A DNA stretch of 64,000 nt, from contig MU054098.1 of assembly GCA_013239625.1 (NCBI GenBank), positions 1,147,568 through 1,211,567 on the forward strand. Reading direction: 5' to 3'. Source of the stretch: Lama guanicoe (Eukaryota). Every line of letters starts with the position of its first letter. The first letter of the stretch is position 1. A model generated the notes under the pieces. That model was not told the DNA's origin. It saw only the letters and a program-made list of their open reading frames with translations, and searched no databases. The translations under genes and the position numbers were made by a program. This document shows, in pieces, positions 49,423-62,412 of the stretch.

Positions 49423-51329
49423 ATGATGGAAAGAGCAAGAGCGATACTGATTTCCTAAGTTCCTTTTATTCACAATTAACAGTAAGAGGCAAAGACATTT
49501 CATCTAGAGTTTTACATGAAGGAAACAGTCACGGTCAGGTAAAAAGGGAAAGTCAGATCCTACCAGCAGCAGTGAACTATGGGGACTAGAAAGGAGAGGT
49601 TCTGAAAATTGGGAGGTAGATGCATCCCTATCTGTCTCACTTCTTTGGGACACTTAGAGTTTCTAAAAGAAGAAAGACTCAGAGGTTACTCCTTCACCAG
49701 AGTCTCCCTGAGAGCTTCCTGTGTTGTGAAAGATAACAGAAGTTACTGTTTCCTATGAAGAGTTGTAGAATATAGCTGAGGGTTCTGAATGGGGAGCTCA
49801 TCCATGAGGACAGTGGCAGAGATGAAGTAGCCCTGGATCCCATGGCGACACGATACTATTCTTGAGCCCTTATTGTGCCGGACATTGTTCTAAGCACTTA
49901 CACATTCATATTCACCCAGGCATTACGCCATTCCTCTGAATCAGTACCATTATTAGTATTCCAATGCCCCACGTCTTATACAACTTAGTCTTAAACACCA
50001 TATCTACACAACAGATTCAAAATACAACATCAGGAGAACAATGTACAGTCTATTTTGGAAAGTATGGCGTTGGCATAGCGCAGAGGTCATGGATATAAAT
50101 CTTTACTGCATTCATTTAATATTTCAGGACACTAATGTAGTTCAGTAACTTTGATTTCATTTCCCACTTCACTGGATAATTGCAGGAACCTTGGCTCTTC
50201 CATCCCAGTTTCAAGTGATAATCATATCCTTCAAGTAGGCTTAAATCCTTCAGTTGGCTGATGGATATTATCTTCTTTCAGACTAAGGTCCTGCTGAAGG
50301 AATGTCCATTCTCTTTGCAGACTCATCTATGCATTGCCAGGTGCTAGTGCACTCAATCTTTTGCGATGCTGTAATTGTGTCTCTTCTGTCTGTCAGAAAG
50401 CACACTTGCAAAATGGCCCTACTTCTTAATGTAAACATAAAAGGGCTTCAGTAGCACAGATCCCTTTCTTCAACTGTCAGAGTACTGTAGACATTCCCTA
50501 GATAAAATTCCCCACAACAGATTTTACTTAATATCAATTACTTGACTATCTGGAGGCCAGCCAGAGCTATTACTCATCCCCATGTTCATTACCAAAGATT
50601 GAAACCAGGAAGTATAAAATCTCTCCTTACGTCAAAGACTCTGCTTCCCCACACCCAGATGGTTCTGAATAATTACTTTTGGATGGTACATTCAAATTCA
50701 TTCTCTCACTGATTGCTTATTACAAAGACATTACTCTTTTCCCCCAATTTCAGTACTATAATTGGGTTCCAATCCATTCTTTGTCCTTGTTTTCAGAAAA
50801 CCAATAAAATTTACTCAGTTGGACATTTCTCTGACTTAGATCCAAAATTACTCCAGACAACATCTGTGTGGTACTTGACAAGCCATGTATTTTCAAATCT
50901 GACCTTCACAAATACACCTTCTTGATCTTTATCATCTTTTCTGTAAACTAAATTGATTCCACACTCTGCACCCAAAATGTCTCTCTTTTTTTTGACATAA
51001 AACCAATATTTTTTTAAAAAAGAGGACTTTGAGAATGGAACTGTATGTCCTTCTAATACGTTGTTCCTCAGGCTCTCAAGAAACAGAATGGGCTTATAAA
51101 CAAAACACAGGAGTGAACAGAAATGATTTGTATTTATACATGCTATCTTACTTACATACATGTTAATTTACAAAACACATAATTCAAATTCATTTCTACA
51201 AAATTTAGTAACTGCCTAATCTAGGCAAACTATTTCTGTGCCCTTAGAAATGTGCGAACAAATTAGTTTCTAGAGATCTTAGTTGCTCCTCAGAAAGCAG
51301 GATGGTTCTGGAAGAGACAGAAAAGGCTT

Positions 51330-51545
51330 GAAAAAAATCAGACTTTTAATTTGAATCTTGTCTTTTACTCTTAACAACAAAATGACCTTGGGGAAAAGAC
51401 ATTAAAGTCTATGAGTTTCAGCTTCCTGATCAAAAAAGACCAGGTTATGTTTACTACTCAACTCACAGTGTGATTGCGTAGATTAAATGAGATGGTATAT
51501 ACTAAAACATCCAAGAAAGCTCCTGGTATATGCTAAGCACTCAAA
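51330..51545 (+). mobile_element. MIR SINE
   Basis: tgaccttgggga...gagtttcagcttcctgatc...gattaaatgagat...tgctaagcactcaa. Confidence 0.65.
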
Positions 51546-51955
51546 CAGTGTTATACGATCTGCCTTCCCATTTGGTATTTTGAACCTGTAGGACCACAAG
51601 GGTGGCGGGCTCCTTTCATGAAACACATAGTGGGAACTTCTGAAAGTGGTTGATTCAGTACCCAAAACAATATGTAAATAATATACATAGTAAGAGAATT
51701 TAGCATATACACAATGCTTCTATTTATCTCAAAATGCCTTTTTTTACACTGACTTTTCTACATATTACAGAAATTCTAAAGCAAATTGATAAATTATGAG
51801 GAAATCGGGATGTAGATAGGTTAAGTGACTTACCCGAGTGATGGGGGCTAACTAGCTAAAACTGAATTGGTTGGTGTAATTCAAAGGGAGAGCTCTGAAA
51901 ATTCCAAAACTAATTCAAGGTTGTGAACTTGAGAGATTTAAGAATCCTACTGCTA

Positions 51956-53032
51956 CCATAAGCAAAACCAAACAACAACCTATGGAATGGGAGAAAATAT
52001 TTACAAAAGATGAAACTGGCAAGGGCTTGATCTCCAGAATATATAAGCAGCTCATATGACTTAATAAGAAAAAAAAACAAACAACCCAGTCCAAAAATGG
52101 GCAGAAGACCTAAACAAGCAATTCTCCAGTGAAGACATATGAGTGACTAATAGGCACATGAAAAAATGCTCAATATCACTAATTATCAGAGAAATGCAAA
52201 TCAAAACTACAATTAGGTATCAACTCACACCAGTCAGAATGGCCGTCATTCAAAAGTCCACAAATGACAAATGCTGGAGAGGCTGTGGAGAAAGGGGAAC
52301 CCTCCTACACTGCTGGTGGGAATGCAGTTTGGTGCAGCCACTATGGAAAACAGTGTGGAGATTCCTCAAAAGACTAGGAATAGACTTACCGTATGACCCA
52401 GGAATCCCACTCCTGGGCTTGTATCCAGAAGGAAATCTACTTCAGGATGACACCTGCACCCCAATGTTCATAGCAGCACTATTTACAATAGCCAAAACAT
52501 GGAAACAGCCTAAATGTCCATCAACAGGTGACTGGATAAAGAAGAAGTGGTATATTTATACAATGGAATACTACTCAGCCATAAAACCCAACAACATAAT
52601 GCCATTTGCAGCAACATAGATGTCCATGGAGAATGTCATTCTAAGTGAAGTAAGCCAGAAAGAGAAAGAAAAATACCATATGCTATCACTTGTATGTGGA
52701 ATCTAAAAAAAAAATAATACAAATGAACTTAAATATAAAACAGAAACAGACTCATAGACATAGAATACAAACTTGTGGTGGCCAGGGAGTAGGGGGGTGG
52801 GAAGGGATAGACTGGGAGTTCGAGATTTGTAGATACTGACAGGTATATATGGAATAGATAAACAAGATTATACTGTATAGCACAGGGAAATATATTCAAG
52901 ATCCTGTAGTAGCTCACAGTGAAAAATAACATGAACATGAATATATGTATATTCATGTATGACTGAAAAATTGTGTGCTACACCAGAAATTGACAAACAT
53001 TGTAAACTGAATATAACTCAATTAAAAAATAA
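51956..53032 (+). mobile_element. 5'-truncated young LINE-1 with a perfect 16-bp TSD; same family as 3311-4264
   Basis: TSD aagaatcctactgcta at 51940-51955 and 53033-53048. ORF 52143-52619 is the ORF2 C-terminus with the CWRGC...HCWWEC motif. Confidence 0.97.
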
Positions 53033-53252
53033 AAGAATCCTACTGCTAGTGCCCACCATGCATGCAAAACCTAGCTAAATCACAGGTCATTCCATGCCAG
53101 ATGCAATCCAGAGGTAGGAATGAGGATATTATGGTCGACCCTCTTACCTAAGGCTTATAAATAACAATGAGATTCTGATATCAGAGACCTAGTTTCCTAC
53201 ACTGGAACAGTAGGGGTAAGGGAACAAAATCATCTGAAAATAGCACTATACA

Positions 53253-53392
53253 TTTTCCTGTTTTTGCTATCATATTGTAGCTATATGAATCGTTACCGTT
53301 GAGGAAAACTAGGTGAATGATGCACGGGATGCCCCTGTACATTGTTTTGAAACTTCATGTAAATCATTATTATCTTAAGATAAAAAGTTAAA
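53253..53392 (+). mobile_element. Short old L1M 3' end with a degraded TSD
   Basis: Flanks aaaatagcactataca (53237-53252) and gagatagcactacaca (53393-53408); ends aagataaaaagttaaa. Confidence 0.6.
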
Positions 53393-54439
53393 GAGATAGC
53401 ACTACACACCACAATCATATGTTATTAGGTATTTAATTCATTGTTCTTCATTTAAAAGCAGTTGTATTAGGTTTTATTGAATTGAGATTGGAATTTAATA
53501 TTTAAAGAGCTAAGTGTGACAAAAAAAAAACCAAGAAGTCATCTCACTAAATAAAAGGTAAATTCTGAAACCCATATAATGAAAAACACCACCAGAATAA
53601 GGAGGCTCCCGGACACTAGGACAAATTGGACACCAGACTGCATCTACTCAAGTCTACAGGCACAGAAGAGAGCCCCAGCAAAAAAGTGGTGGATAATAGC
53701 ATGACATGCTATTACCCTGAGTTGGTAGCGCTCCTCATGAAGCTCTTCTCTTGCCAGCTATATTTCTGGCCCAAACACTGTTAATACATGTGAATATAAG
53801 CCAGAGCAGCCACGGGAAACCCTTTTACTAGTCTAAGGCAATCACTACTATTGTGAGATAGACACTTACAACTGGAGACAGAATTCCATCCAACATAATT
53901 AACTTTAATCTCTTTACTGGGGTTCAGATAGTGTTACTGGGACCTAGACAACATTATCAAAATAGAGACCTAAGGAGGGCAGTATTTCCCAAGCTATGAC
54001 AGTGCTGGGCACTGAGTAGGCTGGATCCTTCTAAGAACTCACATATAAAGTTGGAGTGTTCTGTTCACCTGGGCTTGGCCTTGCTGTTTTCTTCTCCTTG
54101 CTTTATTTATCTCTATTTAATTATGATCCTCTATCTCTAAATTGCTTCCTTCAAAAGATGTCTTTACCATCTTCTCCACTATAACTCATCAATGGCGATT
54201 GTCATTCGCCATTTAGAAGGGATAGTCCTAAGGGTCTTCACAGGCCCCAGGTATCCAGGGCTCCATACTGTGGTTTTCCACTCTGATTATCGTGATCTGG
54301 ACATTAATCCAATGGTTAGGTCCTTTCTCTCCATTCTTTACCCATCAAAACTCAACTGTTCTGTGTCTCATCCAAATGAAGACCAAAATACAGCATATCA
54401 CACTAAAAGAATCTGATCAACTAATATACTAAATTCTAA

Positions 54440-54795
54440 ATTAATTTTTTGCACCAATAGTTATTGAGGACCTATCTTACATATGGCATATTCTAGGCAA
54501 TGTGATTATAGCAATGAAAAAAAATAGACAAATTTCATTCCTTCAAGGAGTTTACATGTTAATAGGGGAGACAGAAAATAAACCAACATGTAAAATAATG
54601 TCAAGTAGTAGAATCCCTATTAAAGAAAAAAATAAAACAGGATAAAGGAATATAAAATAATTGCTATTTTGAGATGCTCAGCAAGGTGCCTCTCTGAGTT
54701 GATGGTATTTGAGCAGAGACCCAAATGGTGTGAGGGAGGAAGTTATGGGAGGGAAGAGAGCTCCAGGTAGAAGGAACAGTGAGTACAAAGACTGA
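54440..54795 (-). mobile_element. L2 fragment (antisense)
   Basis: ttattgaggacctatc...ggcatattctaggc...tccttcaaggagtttaca...atttgagcagagacc. Confidence 0.75.
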
Positions 54796-56479
54796 GTAAA
54801 TACTAGTAAATGATTGCATTATATCCTTGGAATTCTGTAAGGACTATAACAAGACCTTTGTAAACTTCAGTTTCTGTGAATATTCCTTGTAATCTTAATC
54901 AATGGAGGCCCCACAAAATGATAGTTTGTAAAGATCATAGTAAAAGCAACATTTAATTTTTTTGGAAAGGCTTCTTTTTCTCTGCACCTGCTGGATATGG
55001 ATGAATTCTGCATCTAATCCCTACTATTCTTCAAATAACTAGATTCTTCAATGAAACATACAATTTTCTGCCCAAAGGGCCTGAGGGATTTTAAACTGAC
55101 TGGTCAAAGCTATTTTGTTCTGCTCCATTGTATAAAGACATATAGTCTTGACTGCTAGTGACAGTCACTTTTATTCAATAAAGATTATGAAGAGTGACAG
55201 TATGATTCTTGCCACATTTGAACTCCTTTCATACTAATTGGTTTAGCTCTTAATATTTGAGCTCAAACCTTTAACCTCCCCTAAAAAAAGACCTATGCAT
55301 ACAATGTCACCCTTCTTTGCAACCTCTCTTCCCCCAACCTCTTTTCCAGTGTTTCTTTTTTTCCTTTCTCTGTATTGATCCCAGTGCCAGGACCACACCT
55401 TTATTTTGTGTGAAATATACCATACTTTCTGTTGCTAAAATATCTCATTTGGTCATCCTATGTCAAAACACCTCTTGTTGATTATCAATTCTTCATGGCT
55501 CTGCCCCTGGTCACTTGCAATTATGGCTGAACAGAATCCTGGGCAATCACTCCTAGATTCAATTATCACAGACATGCACACAGCACACTTGGTTCAGTCA
55601 GGTGTAATCCCGAAAGCATTTGCATTGAAAATTTAGGATTAGGATTCTAAAAGGGAAATGTGGTTGCAGTAATTAATTTGGATAATCTCTTTAAATTATC
55701 ATAAAATTTTATTTTTAAAGAACTGACAACTACAAAAATGCATATGGATTTTTAATTGTGGAGTTTTATCTAATCTTCAGCAGTAAAGAACCAGACATTC
55801 ATAATGCTTTTATTATACGTTGCTATTCAATCAAATAGCAGTTTATAAAGATAGATTGTTCCTAAATGGGTTCAAAAACTAATTTCAGAATGGGTATTAC
55901 ACATTTTGTTTCATCAGTTATTCCTCACCCAGTGGAAGTGGGTTCTCTCATAGAAGATAATTGAGTATATAGGTGGGAAAAAAGTTAAATTAAGCTGCAT
56001 TGTTTTGAACTCAATTTAAATTAATTCACATCCTTTATTGTATACAGGGCAATTTTCTACTTTCCAATAATTGTAAAATCTGAATACACCTGAGATATTA
56101 AAAGTAACATTATTATGAGTCAATATCCATGTTGGTTTGGCATAACTTAATTTTGTTAGAGCATAGGGACTGAGGCCCTCAAAGTATTTGTGATACTGAG
56201 CAATTTAGTTATACTTAACATTTCAATTTTTAGAACATAGTGTTAATATGATTGATGAAATGACTTCCATGTAATGAGGATAATAAAGAATTTCTCTGCT
56301 CTGCACAGCTACCAAAGAATAATTCTACTTATTTGAACTTTGTTATGCTTGGTCCCTGGAATTATCTTCACTTTGATACAAGCTCCTTTTGGCTCCTGCC
56401 TCGATGTTTCTATAGCACTCTTTTCATCTTTAGTAAAGTGCCTAAGATATTCCATTGTCTTTATTTATTGTGGATTCTT

Positions 56480-56612
56480 CTTATCCACAAAACATGAGAT
56501 AAGGTTCTGTGTTCTATTCAGCTCTGTATCCCCTCACCTATTTCACTGCTTGGTATCAAGTAGGAACTCAGTACAATGTGGCAGAATAAATAAATGAGCA
56601 AATGGATAAATA
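56480..56612 (+). mobile_element. L2 3' end
   Basis: ctgtatcccctcacctatttcactgcttggtatcaagtaggaactcagta...gaataaataaatga. Confidence 0.6.
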
Positions 56613-58899
56613 AGGACAGAATACATGTCACTGCAAGTTTTCCTTTCATTGTCAATTACTTTCAAGGGATGATATTTCTGGCAATTAGAACATTGAGTAC
56701 CCTGGAAAACCTGAGGAATTCTTAGTCTCTGAACGTGGAAGGCATCTAGATAAACAAATCATAAAATCTATACTAATTTTCTCACTCATAAATTATTTAA
56801 ACTAACCTTGAGGACATGCCTACTGATATGATTAGAATCACTACTGCATGCTAATTTATTATTGATCCACATAATTATGAACACCATCAACAAAAAAAGC
56901 AGACTATATCAGGTTGTAATGTGATACCTCTGAAAATGTAATAAATTGTGATACATTCTTTCTTCTGAGGTTCTGAGACTTGAAATTACATTCCTCTGAG
57001 GGATTGTTGATTTATACAAAATAGTTAACTCATTTTGGTAACTTGGATTGATAAAATCATAACTGGAAAAATGCCATGGTGCCTTCTGTTTACAGAATTC
57101 AGCCGGAATTAGAAATTATATTTAAACTACCAACAGGAGAAGTGCTGGCTGTCCGTTTAAATATTTAGAACAGTGCAAATACCCTGCTTCTTGCCAAAGC
57201 AAAGAAAAAAACCCCCAACCTCAAAGTGGTAGAACAGGCATGACAAAGTTCTTTAAGATGAGTATGTAGATCACTGTTCCGGTCTGATGCTAAGACAGTA
57301 TTCAGACCATTTACATTATTCACACTATGTAATGCTCAAATATTTACCTATTGTGAATAAATTATAGTGACTCAATCAACTTGGAAATCAAATTAGTCAT
57401 AACAGTCCTGTCATACTTAAGAAAAATATCAGAGAGTTAAAATTGACAAATAATTTGGTTTAGGAATTCTGGATTAGCACAAATATGATTCATGGGTTCT
57501 GAATTAGAACTTCTGAACTATAACTACTTTTTGATTTGTTAATTCTAGTAATAGACAGTAGATAGACAAAAGAGATCCAGATCATAAATTTGTTAACAGA
57601 ATTAGTTCTAGCATGCTTACTTTTAAATGTAAATAGTTCTTTAAAAGGTTGAAAATAGAAGTATTCCATAACAATATTATCTCATAAACAACAGACACTC
57701 CATGTCTTTTCCCACCAGTCCTCTAAGGAAGATGCAAGTGTAAGTTAAGCTTTTCCCCAGGCATGATGCCAGGTGAGGAAAAAACTACATCTGTTCATTT
57801 TACCTCCTGTTTTCTCTAATGGACTAGATTGGCATTTCCAACCTGTTTTATGGGAATAGACATCCCGCAAATGTTAATAAAAATGTGTGTGTGTGTTTAT
57901 GAGAGAGATGAAGGAAGGAAAATATCTATTGTCAAGTAAATTTGGATTTTTTGGGTTAAAAAAAGTTAAACTTCTCCCCATCCAATAAATCTAAAACCTT
58001 TCAATGCTCTAAGATATATTAATTATACTGGGAATATCCATGATTTCAAAGCTCTAGTATCTCAGTGGATATTAAAATTTCAAGAAACACATTTAAGTAA
58101 TGCTAGAGCAGACAATAAGATTCTTTGAGGGTAGGAACAATTTCTAATTCACTCCTGCATCCTTATTTCCTAGCAGAGTGCATACATTCATTCTGGTTCA
58201 TATATTCTTAGGTACATAACATAACTTCTAAGCTTAGAGGAATAGATCTGTACCTTTCTGTGTATCTAATGGCTACAAGCCAAATGGAAAGTTCAGAGAA
58301 TAGGCACTCCCATAAAAGTAGCCCAACAATAAAATTTTAAACATAAACTCATAAAAGAACACTGGGATATTGAAATAGAATAGTAATAAATTTGGAACTT
58401 TTTTCTTCTAAATACCTATTCACTTAGCTAATATTCTGTAAACAAGCTTGACATGCAGTTAAATGGCTAAAATCATTTTGATATCATGAGTACTGATGTT
58501 TGCTGTTGTTGATATAAAATGGGAATCCTTCTGTTTTTTTACAATGGACACTGATAAGATTTTCAAAATGGATGCCAACTACAAAGCATGTTGCTGACAA
58601 CCCAGGCAGCTTTCTGAGCTAAACCTCATCAAGGGAGCAGAAAGTGTCACTCAAGACTCCATTAAGAAGACAGAAATGGAGTAATTATAAGATGAGCTTT
58701 AATTATTTAATTGTAACATCAGAAGTCATGTTGGCGAAACAAAAGGCATGAACTTGGAGTTCAAGTAAAGGGGTGTCAAAGAAAGGAAGACACTCATATG
58801 TCAGCGACAGAGTTAAGTAAAGCTAGAGACCCTGGAATCATCGGGGCCACGATGACGTATAGACACTTTATATAGTATTTAAACCTTGGCATAAGGCAA

Positions 58900-59090
58900 A
58901 TCTTTTAGACAGGCTCTGACACATACAGATGGTGTGACACTGGAACATTTAATTAACATTCAAAGCCTCAGATTCCTCAATTTATAAATGAGGGTAAAAC
59001 TACTAAATACATAGAATTACATGAGAAATAAATATGAAAATGCATGTAAATGCTTTGCGCAGGGCCTGTCTCGCAGTAGAGTTGAATTAA
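58900..59090 (+). mobile_element. MIR SINE
   Basis: gcctcagattcctcaatttataaatgagggtaa...atgcatgtaaatgctt. Confidence 0.6.
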
Positions 59091-62029
59091 GTGGTAGTGG
59101 TAGCCTTACTTTTACTGACTATAACCACTATCTTTCTCCCAACTTTTAACTATAGCATCTGCCATCACTCTACTTTGTTTACATGGTAACCTAAGTTGCA
59201 TTATTTCTTGATTAGATTCTGTGACCCTAAACATCTTTACCATTCTGGTCAAGCTAAATATATCTCTGGGTACAAGTCTTCTCACCTCCAAGTTTTTCTG
59301 CAGTGTTTGATTCCTGAAATAATACCCTTTTTCCCAGCCCACTAAATGAACCCCCTGGGGTGAGAGATTTTGATGTCTCTGCTTCCTGTGCTTAAAAACC
59401 CTGTTAAGTTTTGTTTAAATGAGCTTTTAAATATGCTGTTTCATTTTCATGTCATTTATTTATTATTTATACACCACTCTACTCAAGAAAAGGTTAGAAG
59501 TGGCCGAGTAATGTTCCAGTAACCCTGATTTTTGAAATCTAGTCTCTGTAGTAAAAGTAATTTATTATCTCAACAACAAAAGGTGTTTCTTGGGTGGTGG
59601 TGGTAGTGGGGAGTGATGTTTACAGCGAGGCAATTCAGAGTCAATGAGGAACCATACAGTTTCTACTTCTAAAGTACAAAGGTATAAAGGTTGAGCTTGG
59701 CCAACGTTAGAATCATAAGATTAGAGACCAGAGCAGGACGTCAGGCATCAACTTGCAAGAACCTCATTTTAACAATGAGGAAACTAAACGCCCAAAAGTT
59801 AGGTGATCACAGTCACATAGCTAGTGGCATCACCTTTCTGTTTCAAATAGTAAGTTAAACAAAACTAAATTGGTTACATTTTCTCAGTTACCCATGGTTA
59901 TAGAAAGGCTGGCTACCTTCCTGTTGTAATGCTGTTGTTAGCATATCTTATTTGAAGCAAAGTACCTAGAAAGAAAAAATTTCTTGAATGCTAGAGTCAT
60001 ACACCTAAAGTTATAGATAATTCTGATGCTCCAATATCACCACTATAAAGAGGGTTGGCAGCACACACACAAAAAGAAAACCAACAACAAATGTCATACT
60101 CTCATCTTCTCACAGTTCTTAGGACTCTACTTCCTTTAGGAAGAACTCATATGTTAATCAAATTGTCAGAAAAGAGCTTTTGGCCACCTTCCTTATTTTT
60201 AGAATTTGTCCCTAGTATGAACTTATTCTTCCTCATTCTTGGAATTTATTTACTCCTAAGTAGCAGATGAAATAGATGCTTGACTACTAATATTCTGACA
60301 AAAAATCATAGAATTTTAGAAATAGAAGTCTTGATACTATTATTCTATTAACTATGTCCTATTCTACACCTTTGTCTTCATATTAATGATCAGCAATGTC
60401 TTAGACTTTAAACTCTTGCATGAGAAGAATCTTTTTTTTTTCACTTTTACTCAACAAATATTTATTTAGCAACTACTGTGTACCAGATCTTGAACATCTA
60501 AGGCCAGGTCAAGCTGAGCTCCCTGAGACAAAACAAACAACAACAATAAAAACATACATATATTATATACATTTGTGTGTGTGTATATAGTATGTTTAGC
60601 ACATAGCAGAAGGTGTTATACATTTGATGAACAAGTGAATAACAAGTGTGATCTCAAAAACACCTGTAAGAAAATCTGAATTACCAAACCCTGCTTCCTA
60701 ATTTGACCTATGGATAACTCATCACAGTCATGTAGTTTGATGTACTAAATAATTGGTTAACCTTGATGACACTGATGTTGGTGATGGTGATGGTAAATTT
60801 CATTGCCTATGATTTTAGAACCAAACAACTGCCTTCTTCTATGCCTAGTGGACTCCCCCACCAAATAAACTTGAGGAGAGGTAGGTACCATTCCTGAGTT
60901 TAAAAGAGCACAGAGCTGACTCAAAAATTTCCTTTAAAATAGGCCTTTTAATGTTAGTTTTAATCAGCTGGAAAAAGTTTTAGAATTAACAAGACTGGTC
61001 TTATCGCAATATGCATTTATTGAATTTGCTAATGTTTTTCTTGACAGTTGGGGTTGGAGTGGTGGAGGTGGGGAGCTTTCAAAATTTAAGTACTTTATTA
61101 TTATTTTTAATAAGTAAATTCTAATCTGGGAGGCTAAGTGCATTATTGTTTTGTCATATATTATGCCTGATTCTATACTGCAATACTACATTCTTCTCTC
61201 AAATATATATGCTTAATTTCCCCTGAAAATAAAGAGTTTTGCTTCAGTGATTACAGACTATAGAACACTGATTTCTTCCCACCTGAATACACAGTTCTTG
61301 CTCTGGTTTTCAAGATTCTGAATATAATCCTATCTTAAGGTTTGTATTCCTTTCTGTAAACTGACTGGTTTACAGGAACGATTAGTTAACCTTCTAGCTC
61401 ATTTACAGTGTCTACTTTAACCTTGGAGTCCCATGAACTTCACCATTTATCTTAATGTGGAGCTTAGTATTAGTCCATAGGAGAAACAAAATTCTCCATG
61501 ACTCCCTGTATCTCCAAATTGTTACTTTTCTCACAAAGGGCTTACCAGTGCTCTTTAGAGATTTTCTAAGTTAAAGGAAGAGATGTGACAAACAAGGCCA
61601 ACTGTTCATGACTGTCTTAACCCTAAGATTTCACTCTAATTTCTCTGCCAGTGCTGCAGCTTCTTCTTTAGCACTTAAGCTGGACTGTACAATCTTCAGG
61701 GAGCCCTTTCAGGGCCCCTGGCTGGTCTGCCCTTAACAATTCTTTTTTTCGCTGAAGCCAGCACAGAAAGGTCCAGAGATACAGACTGACTTATTTGGCA
61801 CTGCTTAGCAAGAACAGAGGCTGCTATATATATATATATATTTTTGCTAGTCTGACTAAATTAGCATGCAACACATTTTGCTATAATGAATTCCAGCACC
61901 TTCACCTAGGTGAATATCTGGCAGCTGCTGTGGCCTTGATCGAGAGGGTGAGTTAGGGAAGCTGCTGCTGCGCTCATATTCCGGCATTTATTCAAACTCC
62001 AATTTGTAACATTCTTTAGTTTTTCTCAC

Positions 62030-62412
62030 TAGACTCTGGACACGTCAAGTTTGTTTCCACTCCAAGGCATATGGCATTTACGCTAGCTGTTCCTTTCCCC
62101 TGAAATGATCTTTCTCCAGATCTTCCCATGACTTGCTTTCTTATTTTGTTCAGGTCTCGGAAAACCCTGTCTAAAATGACCTACAACCCCGTAACACTCT
62201 TATCTCCATACTCTGCTCTTCTTTGCGTCACAGAACTTTTCTGCTACTTGAAAATATGCTACATATTTATGTTTATTACTATTTATACCCCTATGAAAAT
62301 ATGTTTCCTGTCGGCAGGGACATTGCCTAACTTGTTTTCACTGTTCCTCTATTACTTTACCTCGGTGCCTGGCACATGGCATGTGCTCAACAAATACCTT
62401 GGAATGAATGCA
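62030..62412 (+). mobile_element. L2 3' region
   Basis: gctgttcctttcccctgaaatgatctttctccagatct ... gtgcctggcacatggcatgtgctcaacaaataccttggaatgaatg. Confidence 0.8.
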
